Shown here: positions 39,796 through 47,928 of the stretch, piece after piece
Layout of the letters: every line of letters begins with the position of its first letter
How positions within the stretch are numbered: the stretch's first letter is position 1
NCBI GenBank assembly: GCA_037310415.1
Contig: CP147780.1
Span: 1,984,001-2,048,000, forward strand
Length of the DNA stretch: 64,000 bases
Origin: Candidatus Atabeyarchaeum deiterrae
GTDB lineage: Archaea > Asgardarchaeota > Atabeyarchaeia > Atabeyarchaeales > Atabeyarchaeaceae
Direction of reading: 5' to 3'
Position numbers and translations under genes: made by a program
Notes under the pieces: model-generated
Seen by the model: only the letters and a program-made list of their open reading frames with translations
Databases searched by the model: none
What the model was told of the DNA's origin: nothing

Positions 39796-40143
39796 TTAGA
39801 AGTCGGCTGCCTTGTCTAGTTGCTTGCGTGACTGGTCCCTCCTTTCCTGCTCGAACTTGACATGTGCGCGTATGAAGTCCTTGTTTTGGATGCCTGTTTT
39901 GATGAGTAGGGCGAACTGGCTGTATGACATGGTTAGTTTGCCTTTACCTGCGCCGAGGAAGATGTTGCCGGAAGACTTTGGGTTGTAGACGTATTTGCCT
40001 GTGTGTTCGTCTTTGGTGGTTCCAGGGTTCATTCCTAAGAAGAGTCCGTCGAGGTTGGCCGTTATTCGTTGAGACAAGTCTATTTCCTTGTTCTCAACTT
40101 TCGTGCCGTTCTTAGCGTTCGGATCAGTACTATTACTGCTCAT
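39796..40143 (-). CDS. viral protein, possible PC4-like ssDNA-binding protein
   Basis: First gene of the replication operon with GGAGG RBS; GKGKLTMSYSQFALL resembles the PC4 beta-alpha junction. Confidence 0.5.
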   Translation of the reverse strand: MSSNSTDPNAKNGTKVENKEIDLSQRITANLDGLFLGMNPGTTKDEHTGKYVYNPKSSGNIFLGAGKGKLTMSYSQFALLIKTGIQNKDFIRAHVKFEQERRDQSRKQLDKAADF

Positions 40144-40165
40144 GCTTTGTATAGACCTCCGTCTA

Positions 40166-40193
40166 TTTGCATATAAGTCGGCTTATGTGAATG
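40166..40193. other. dif-like site 2 (attR of the provirus)
   Basis: TTTGCATATAA-GTCGGC-TTATGTGAATG; spacer differs from site 1 by one base. Confidence 0.85.
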
Positions 40194-40347
40194 ATGCGAG
40201 ATGACAGTTTCGCGGCTGCTATCAGCTATGAACGGAGTTAGCTCCGCGGACTGACATCACAAAACACATGTCAAAAAGATCACTAGTTCCGTTTCGAGGC
40301 ATTCTTCGTCGAGGATGAAAACTTGACGTTCGATACTCCTTACGAGT

Positions 40348-41406
40348 TCAGGATCTCTTCGTCAGCACTGCCACGTAACCATGCTTTGGATTTCGCTTTT
40401 TTTCAACAATAAATGACCATTCTCTCTGCTTTGAATATAGCTTCGCATCTTCCAACGCCTTGGACACAAGCCTTGCAAGCACAACGTTGTTGCCCCTGGC
40501 AAGTACATAGATCGCTTCGATGCCATCCTTCGAACACTGAGAAGCCTGTTTAATGTAACGCGTCGCATCAAAACCAGTCGACATGCGTGCTACCGGCATG
40601 AGGTTCAAGCTAATCACCCTGCCCTTGAGCTTGAGTTGAACCTCCTCCTCTTTTTCTCTTTCTTCGAAGGTTTTAAGCAATAACACAAGATCACTCGTCT
40701 CTTTTTCTGAATGAATGTCGGACCGTGCAGGAGATAACTTTGCATCCAACTTCGATAGCTCCTGAAGTAGAACTCTTGTGAAGTGCCCTTGTTCGTCCAT
40801 TTTATCCATCGCGGGAACATAGTCTCTGATGAGCTGAGCTTTCTGTGCCTCAGGTTCCATGAACTCCTCGCTAAGGCAATCCAAAGCGTCAATATTCTCA
40901 TCGAGCATGAGCATTTTTCTTACTACCTCGAACGTTACAGACTTCATGACCGTCCTGTCTATAAACCTTCGCGATCGCTGCAGCAAATCCTCCCTAACAT
41001 AGAATAATGCCGCCCTCGCAATGTTTCTTGATTCATTGTCACTGGGCTCTAGACAGACTATGATTTTCCCGTCCTTCAGAAATGAGTCTCTGTCTATTGG
41101 TTTTGCCCACTTGATCTTCAGTCCATGTGGAAGGAGAAGAACTCCTTCCTTGTTGATCTTTCTGGAGGCGGAGCCTATTGTGCTCTCCAGGCGTGTTTGC
41201 ACTGCTTTTTTCTCAAACCAGAAATTGACGCCTCGAAGCAACTTATAGACAGAAGCCATAAGATTTCTATCGGGATCAGCAATGACAATGACAAGAATCG
41301 CTGAAATGAAAGCCGGAAGCAGACCAATAGTGCCAAGATACCAGACGAAAAACGCGAAACAAGCTACGATAATGACCGCTGCTATGATCGCTTTCCTAAC
41401 AGCCAT
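40348..41406 (-). CDS. membrane-anchored hypothetical protein, possible C-terminal Alba-like domain
   Basis: Two N-terminal TMs from ATG 41406; C-terminal RYIKQA...GIEAIYVLARGNNVVLA. Confidence 0.6.
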   Translation of the reverse strand: MAVRKAIIAAVIIVACFAFFVWYLGTIGLLPAFISAILVIVIADPDRNLMASVYKLLRGVNFWFEKKAVQTRLESTIGSASRKINKEGVLLLPHGLKIKWAKPIDRDSFLKDGKIIVCLEPSDNESRNIARAALFYVREDLLQRSRRFIDRTVMKSVTFEVVRKMLMLDENIDALDCLSEEFMEPEAQKAQLIRDYVPAMDKMDEQGHFTRVLLQELSKLDAKLSPARSDIHSEKETSDLVLLLKTFEEREKEEEVQLKLKGRVISLNLMPVARMSTGFDATRYIKQASQCSKDGIEAIYVLARGNNVVLARLVSKALEDAKLYSKQREWSFIVEKKRNPKHGYVAVLTKRS

Positions 41407-41641
41407 GTATAGACTCTCCCATAGTGAGCCTTTCCATTTCGAAGATGCACTCAGCCTCAGTACAGCACACGAGGATATCACTTGGAGAAGGAATAATGAA
41501 ACCAATGTTGACCACAGAGACTTTGCAGCCACAAACTGAACACCTCAGCTTGCCTTTTCTCAGCTTGCCGAACAGTCCTAATTCTCTTAGCAAGCCCTCC
41601 AGTCTTTTTCTATGAACTGCAAGTATCTCAGCTTTGTCCAT
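41396..41641 (-). CDS. small zinc-binding protein
   Basis: CSVCG...CC....C; overlaps the next gene; start set at ATG 41641. Confidence 0.6.
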   Translation of the reverse strand: MDKAEILAVHRKRLEGLLRELGLFGKLRKGKLRCSVCGCKVSVVNIGFIIPSPSDILVCCTEAECIFEMERLTMGESIHGC

Positions 41642-42105
41642 ATCCCCTACCCCGTCATTTAGGCTGAGATTAGGCAATAAAAACCTTGCCATCAGGCTGC
41701 GATCCCCGCAAACCGTACGATAGGGATATGCAACTGAACCAGTACCATACACCACTCGCTTATCCGCGTCGTGGCAGTCGTCATGCACTCGTCACCAGAA
41801 GAAGACATGATTCTGGTTTTGATGAAATGATACTTCGCTCCAAGGAAGGATCTTTGCTGGTTCCAGAGGCGATGTCGCTTTTATGGGCTAGACGCAGCGA
41901 CGAGAAGAAAGCTTAAAACTGAGTTGAGGGGTTGTTAAATGAAGTCGGAGCCACCTCGAAATCGCGCTCCGAGCACAGAAGGTAGATTTGAACAAAAACT
42001 GTGGAAAGTGGCATCGACAGCAGCAGGGTACTTTGAATTGCGGGAATAGTCCCACAGATCTTGCCAGACTCTCTCCAGAGGATCTGACTGAGTATCAGTT
42101 CCTCT

Positions 42106-43086
42106 CTAGGACATTCTTTCTGTTATCATGTCCGATAGCCTCTTAACGTCCTTGGGGATTTTCTTGATATTCCTGACGATGAGTCGCTTGACAAACCAGT
42201 TGGGCGCAGGTAGTCCTTTAGACATGAAAAGTAAGGCGATCAGCCTCTTTGGATCCGTTTCCTTCGTCGAATCGTAAAATGCGCGAACCTCTCCTTCGCT
42301 CACCACAAGTGTTCGAGCTAAGGCCTTCGGATCAGCCAGGTAACCATCGATGTTTCTTCTTGACCACACAAAGATCTCCTCGTCTCTTGCACCAGCATTC
42401 TTCAGTTCCGTTATCCTGCTCTCTCTATCAGTGTCAGGATCGGCGACGAAAACCAATGGAAAAGAAGCTTCGAGCGCTCTGAGTTGCCGTATGCACGCTT
42501 TCAATTCATTTATTCCGTTCGCTCCCCAAATGAGAAGGTTGCCCATGTCCAAGCCAGTTTTTGCTAGAAATTCCTTCAAAACCCAGAAATCTTCTTTACC
42601 TTCCACTATGATCCTGCACTTCTGAGCTACGAGTACCTCTTCCCATTCTGTCTCTTCATCGGAAGGTTCGTAAAGCTTGCCAATCTGTTTCGCCACATGC
42701 TTTAATCCGTTGATAAAGTAAGGTCTGCAATTGTCCATTTCCTCAGCCTCTATATAACACCAGCTGCATGCGTACTCATTAAGCAGGAACTTCGTGTGCA
42801 TGTCTTGGTCACAGTTACTACACTTGCCATAGTACTCACATATGAAAAATGTCTCAGTTCCCATTTCTCTTTCGTCTTCTTCGACAACCTCCGCTCCATC
42901 AAGGGAGAGTATGAGGCTAGGTTGATTACAGTTAATGCACCGAACCGATGCAAGCACACCTTTGACCTCATCCTCAATTGGGCCATCATATCCGTATCCA
43001 ACTCCCACACCAGACTTTGAGTTAAGTCTTAATGCCGCCCCCTTGAGTATCAAATAAACAACGTCTTTCTCTGCCTTTTTCATCAT
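42106..43086 (-). CDS. TOPRIM-domain (OLD/DUF4435-like) nuclease with N-terminal zinc-binding domain
   Basis: CINC...CSNC; IIVEGKED and VADPD TOPRIM motifs. Confidence 0.7.
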   Translation of the reverse strand: MMKKAEKDVVYLILKGAALRLNSKSGVGVGYGYDGPIEDEVKGVLASVRCINCNQPSLILSLDGAEVVEEDEREMGTETFFICEYYGKCSNCDQDMHTKFLLNEYACSWCYIEAEEMDNCRPYFINGLKHVAKQIGKLYEPSDEETEWEEVLVAQKCRIIVEGKEDFWVLKEFLAKTGLDMGNLLIWGANGINELKACIRQLRALEASFPLVFVADPDTDRESRITELKNAGARDEEIFVWSRRNIDGYLADPKALARTLVVSEGEVRAFYDSTKETDPKRLIALLFMSKGLPAPNWFVKRLIVRNIKKIPKDVKRLSDMITERMS

Positions 43087-43149
43087 ACCTCACTTCCGAC
43101 ATACGCCATACGTCTTGCCATGCTCGTTACTACTGACAATCTCAAGCTC

Positions 43150-44436
43150 CTACTTCGCTGCTGATGAAAACATCTTAGGTAGAGATTTCTGCTCGATGAT
43201 AGTTCTGATCTCATCCACAAACCTTCTGCATTCGGTCAGAAGATCACCACTCGTTTTCCTAGTCAAGTCTATGACCCTGCAAGCAAGTATGACATCGTGT
43301 TTAAGAGACTTCTCGTAGCTGATTTGCATTTCGCTCATAGGATAAACAAGAACACCGATCGGAACCTTCTTCACCGGCATCATACAATAAGTAAAAATCT
43401 GTCTAGCATCTTGGGTGCTGGGATCAGCTTGTTCTTCATCATCATCTTGCAAGCGTTTATATTTCGCATCAAGAACTAGAACATCTATCCCATCTTTTGA
43501 TATCTTTACGTCGGGCTCTTGGATCATATCTCCTTCAAGATCAAGAGCGTACGGCGGATTACCTTCTTTGGCCGCCCTAACGCCGTAGTCTCGCAGGTTC
43601 TCCCTCAAGCAACAAAACACAAAGTCCTGAAACAATTGATCCATGTTAATGAGAAACGAAGAATAGGGAATCTCACCGATCTCCTCAAGATTGAGGGTGA
43701 CGTTGTCGATTATTAGCCGGCTTAGATTCACAATCGGCCTATAGTGTTCGTTTAGCCTATTGTATTGCACGTGAGGGAAATCCTTGCTATCGATTACTAC
43801 GAAGGACGCGGACTCAAAGAAATAAAAGATTTCCTTTGCCTTGTTTCTAAGCTCACTGTTTTGAAGAGGCATCCGCGATATGTAGCTGAGTGCGTATTTG
43901 ATTATCCGGTTCTCGACCGTGTCAGATGTGAAGTCTGAGAAGGAGCAGAAAATCCTGTGTCTCAAGACTGAATTTCTTCTAATGTCCTCTTGAATTAACA
44001 CTCTGCCCGAGACATGATTGAGATTCTCATCATTTTCAACATACGCTTTGGAAATGCCCCTCCTTGCAAGATGTCCGACATCTTCGAGGAATCTCTCAAT
44101 TATCAACTCGAAGATCTCTTGCTCTCTCATGTACTCCGATTCGTTCTTCCCGAAATCGGGTATGCCGTTAGTGTACAAAAGCATAAAAAAGAAGCTCAGA
44201 TTGGGAACCTTTGGCCTAATGATAATGCGATGATGAGGGAGAGCGATATTCCCAACGTATTGTCTTGCTTTCAATAAACACTTGCCTTCTGGAGTCACGT
44301 AGGCTTCTATTTTGTTCTTAAATCGGTTGGCGAGAATCTCGAATTCATCTTTGCTTAACTCAACGATCTCGGGTGGTCCTCGCTCTTTCAATTCCACGAC
44401 GAATGGTGCCTTTTCCACAGCAGTTGTTCGGAGCAT
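43150..44436 (-). CDS. mcrC: McrC-family restriction nuclease subunit
   Basis: IRPKV, DTVENRIIK, LINMDQLFQDFV, PD...LDAKYK, QIFTY. Confidence 0.9.
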   Translation of the reverse strand: MLRTTAVEKAPFVVELKERGPPEIVELSKDEFEILANRFKNKIEAYVTPEGKCLLKARQYVGNIALPHHRIIIRPKVPNLSFFFMLLYTNGIPDFGKNESEYMREQEIFELIIERFLEDVGHLARRGISKAYVENDENLNHVSGRVLIQEDIRRNSVLRHRIFCSFSDFTSDTVENRIIKYALSYISRMPLQNSELRNKAKEIFYFFESASFVVIDSKDFPHVQYNRLNEHYRPIVNLSRLIIDNVTLNLEEIGEIPYSSFLINMDQLFQDFVFCCLRENLRDYGVRAAKEGNPPYALDLEGDMIQEPDVKISKDGIDVLVLDAKYKRLQDDDEEQADPSTQDARQIFTYCMMPVKKVPIGVLVYPMSEMQISYEKSLKHDVILACRVIDLTRKTSGDLLTECRRFVDEIRTIIEQKSLPKMFSSAAK

Positions 44437-44442
44437 ATTCTA

Positions 44443-46650
44443 CTAACCAGCGTTCGGCTCCTTGGCGATTGCATGAATGGCAGTGAGCACTTCATCAAAG
44501 ATCTTCTGAAAGCTATTGACAGTATCCTCGGCGTCAAAGTAATACTCTTCGAGCAAGGGCTTTATGTTGTGCGTCCACGTGTCTTGGAGTTTCCTTTTGT
44601 CAAGCTTCTCCAGCATGAAATAGCTGTGGCCGATTTGGAAGTGCTTTCCTAGTTTGGGATCTCCCTTAATCTTCTGGTTCAGCTTCTCGAAGAGATCCAC
44701 TACTATATTCTTATCAATGAGTGAGGGGTTCTTTTCAAGCCACGCTGACAATACCTGTCGGTCAGGCATGAATTCCTTGAAAGCAAACCTTCTGCGCAGG
44801 GCATAATCAACCAAAGCGATAGAGCGGTCAGCACTGTTCATTGTTCCGATGACATAAAGATTGCTAGGCAGAAAGAAATACTCATGAGAATAGGGCAATA
44901 ACACTCTGTTCCTTTCTCCACGATATTCGAGGCAATATATTAGCTCCCCGAAGATCTTCGCAAGATTTCCCCTGTTTATTTCATCTATAACGATTACGAA
45001 TTTTCGATTTGGATTTCTTATCGCCTCGCTGCAAACACTCTTCAATATCCCGTCACAGACCTCGTAAGAGATCTGTTTTTCGGAAGTGATACTTGGTCTG
45101 ATTCCCTCCACGAAGTCCTCATAACAGTAACTCGGATGAAACTGAACCAGTTCTGTTCTTCCTCCATCTCGTGCAAAATACCGTGCAAACTCGGTTGCAA
45201 CAAGGGTTTTACCAGTGCCGGGCGGACCGTAGAGAATAAGTTGCTTCTTCTCCTCGAGTAGGCGCTCAATTTGAACAAGGAAATCCTTCGACAGCATGGT
45301 TTCGTCTGAAAGCTGCTCAAGGGTAGTTGTGGCCGCCGCCCCAGCCTCAGTAGCTTGGGTTGACTCTCCAACAATCAACGAATACACTGGATAGAGTTGG
45401 CTGAATGTCTTGGTCACCAACTCTGTGATTCCTGGACCCGCAGAAATAGCGTCATCCTTGCTGAGAAACCTCCCTATGTGTATGTGAGTGTCTGTATCGG
45501 CTAAGTGATTAATGAAGTTGTCCATATCCTGGGGAAGTAGCGCTGACGGATCTGCCTTGAGGGTGTATCCTCCATGCAGCTCAATCGTGTCTTCAACAAG
45601 ATGTGCCACCAACTTCTGGAAGGCATCTCTATTGTTTTGTATGTTTTCTTTTACGATTTTCATTCTTGCCTCTGAAGCCTTTCCATCTATCCATATGTCG
45701 ATGCTCAGCTTATGTGAATTCACAACATTGATGCCGACCTGAAATTGAACCCCTTGTTGTGCTCTCTCGAATTTTGGATGCGCTAACCCTAGCCACATGT
45801 GATGTCTATATGGAGGATTCTTTTCGCCTCGCTTAGGCTGCTGATTGGGTCTTGCGGAGTATGCCTTGAAGTTGTCAAACTTGCTGTCCAGCTTGGACTT
45901 TATGACATTTAAGAGTATTTTGAACCTTTCACTGAGATAAACCGCATCATCTTTCTTTCCGGTGCAAGAATCAAAGTCTTTTTCTTCGAAGGCAAAATCG
46001 GCAGTCTTAGTCTTGACTGGAACTTCTGTCCTTGGCAGAAATCCTTCTCTTCCAGTGAGATTTTCAAACTCATCAATGAACCATATGAAGTGATCAACGC
46101 GATCTAGATCTGGGAAGCCATAGGCTTTCTTAATAACATTTTCAAACTCGGTGTACTTCTTGACCTGATCGCCAAAAGACTCTGAATCAAACTGGAGTTG
46201 TACTCCAAGCCGTTCACTGAGATTGTGTGTCCTCTTGTTGACAAGAGCGACACCTGCGTCAGGTATGATGGCACATACAAGCTCAGACAATCTGCTGCGA
46301 CCCAATCCCTTCAAGCGATACTTCGGATCTGAACAAGTTGCATCGATTCGGGTGAACAGGTCTCCCTCGCCAAAGAACAGAAACTTGAAGGTGCCGCGAA
46401 TTCTTGAGATATCGTTTTCCTTCGTGAGTTCTTCGCCAAACCTTGTACCTACCCCCCATAGTCTTGCGAACACGTTGTTCACGTCTTCTTTAGACAATGT
46501 GCTGACTGTCTTCTGATTAACGATATCTCTGAACCATTCTTTACGCTTGTTTCTTTCCTCAATATCTTGGGAAAGCTTTGGCCAATTCTTGAATTCAGAG
46601 AAATAGAGATCAAGAGCCTTTCTTTGTTGCTCATTAAGCTCCATAGACAT
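44443..46650 (-). CDS. mcrB: McrB-family AAA+ GTPase
   Basis: GPPGTGKT, QFHPSY.YEDFVEG, IDEINRGN, GTMNSADRS, ALRRRF. Confidence 0.92.
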   Translation of the reverse strand: MSMELNEQQRKALDLYFSEFKNWPKLSQDIEERNKRKEWFRDIVNQKTVSTLSKEDVNNVFARLWGVGTRFGEELTKENDISRIRGTFKFLFFGEGDLFTRIDATCSDPKYRLKGLGRSRLSELVCAIIPDAGVALVNKRTHNLSERLGVQLQFDSESFGDQVKKYTEFENVIKKAYGFPDLDRVDHFIWFIDEFENLTGREGFLPRTEVPVKTKTADFAFEEKDFDSCTGKKDDAVYLSERFKILLNVIKSKLDSKFDNFKAYSARPNQQPKRGEKNPPYRHHMWLGLAHPKFERAQQGVQFQVGINVVNSHKLSIDIWIDGKASEARMKIVKENIQNNRDAFQKLVAHLVEDTIELHGGYTLKADPSALLPQDMDNFINHLADTDTHIHIGRFLSKDDAISAGPGITELVTKTFSQLYPVYSLIVGESTQATEAGAAATTTLEQLSDETMLSKDFLVQIERLLEEKKQLILYGPPGTGKTLVATEFARYFARDGGRTELVQFHPSYCYEDFVEGIRPSITSEKQISYEVCDGILKSVCSEAIRNPNRKFVIVIDEINRGNLAKIFGELIYCLEYRGERNRVLLPYSHEYFFLPSNLYVIGTMNSADRSIALVDYALRRRFAFKEFMPDRQVLSAWLEKNPSLIDKNIVVDLFEKLNQKIKGDPKLGKHFQIGHSYFMLEKLDKRKLQDTWTHNIKPLLEEYYFDAEDTVNSFQKIFDEVLTAIHAIAKEPNAG

Positions 46651-46737
46651 TCAACCTCACAGTAACCAACAAGACGATCGGTGGCGGCATTAGGAAGAAG
46701 CAATGAAGGATCGGGTCACACTTTGGATAATACTCGG

Positions 46738-47343
46738 CTATTTTTCTCCTGCCACGATTTTCCCTATTTGCCTGCTTATCTCATGCAACTCAACACGCTT
46801 CTTGCGAAGGTCTTCTCTGAGCGTGTTTATTATTTTTAGTCTTCTCTCCTGCTCATCAACCGGCGGTATCGGAACAATGACGTTTTTCAGGTCAGACACT
46901 CTAGCATAGCGAATGGCAGAGCCCGTTGCGAGCGAGGCAAACTGATCCTGAACTACCTCTGTCGCCAGAGCACTGCAAAGATAATCAGGATTTGCGACCG
47001 TCTCATCAACTCTCAGTACAATCAAATTCGGTCCGGCAATTGCCTCTTCAAATTCTCTTGTCACTAATGCCACCTTACCCACAGTGCCAGTAATCGAGAG
47101 AAGTACATCGCCATTTCTCAGAATAGCCTCGTTCGTCCTGAGGAATCCAGGATGCACGTACTTCAGCTTGAAACCTGTAATTATGCCATCATTCAGATCT
47201 GAGACGCGTACGTAGGGCGAGGAACCCTCAACGCGCTTGTCTGAAACTTGCTTAGGTGGAACGGAAATTCCTCTAATAAACTCCTTGACTATCTCATCAA
47301 GCCTCTTACCCTCAAGAGTCTTCGCTGCTTTGGAGCCAGACAC
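46738..47343 (-). CDS. hsdS: single-TRD (half-size) type I specificity subunit
   Basis: PYVRVSDL, GDVLLSITGTVGKVA, PDYL, PIPPVDEQ; only one TRD plus helix. Confidence 0.75.
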   Translation of the reverse strand: MSGSKAAKTLEGKRLDEIVKEFIRGISVPPKQVSDKRVEGSSPYVRVSDLNDGIITGFKLKYVHPGFLRTNEAILRNGDVLLSITGTVGKVALVTREFEEAIAGPNLIVLRVDETVANPDYLCSALATEVVQDQFASLATGSAIRYARVSDLKNVIVPIPPVDEQERRLKIINTLREDLRKKRVELHEISRQIGKIVAGEK

Positions 47344-47928
47344 CGGAACCCCTCCATGTCTTTTTTGTGTCTGCTTAACGCGTTGACGAAAAGCAGGCTA
47401 AGAATGATCACACCATAACTAGTTTCCACGGAGAATATACCTCTTATGGAAGGATTGCGAGCTTCTCAACCCTCTTTCTTATCTCCCGTCCAGAGGAGTA
47501 CAGGAAGAGGACTAGTGTCTATTCATCCTATGTCTACATCTCATATTGCCAAGCAAGCCTTTCCGTCCGCGTTGCGGATTTCCCACGCATAGAGTTGGAA
47601 TGAACTCCTATCTTGATTAAGCTTAAATGAATCATCATCTCATAAGATAACAGGCGAATAAGATCGCAGCTTGAAGACAAGCTACTCTGCATATCCGAAG
47701 GAGGCTGTAGGGAGGCCCAAGTGCGCATCCTCGAGATCGGTGCCAAGCGCTTAGCTATTTGAATTTGGGAACCTTGCCAGAATGCTCTGAACTGCCTTGA
47801 GGTCGTAAGCGAATGAGCTGCTCACGATTCCCTTCGCGAGCAAGAAGCTGTGGTAGTTGGTGGCGAAGGCCTTGCGGAATCGTCCAAATGTGAGAATGCG
47901 ACAGTCGGAATCTGAAATTCCGGCTGGA

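Larger units (their letters stand above)
30532..40193. mobile_element. ~9.6-kb integrase-less provirus bounded by dif-like sites
   Basis: Flanking dif-like repeats sharing ATAA-(C/G)TCGGC-TTATGTG; membrane-protein operon, ATPase, Rep-like and HNH genes; tightly packed small ORFs; no recombinase inside. Confidence 0.85.
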
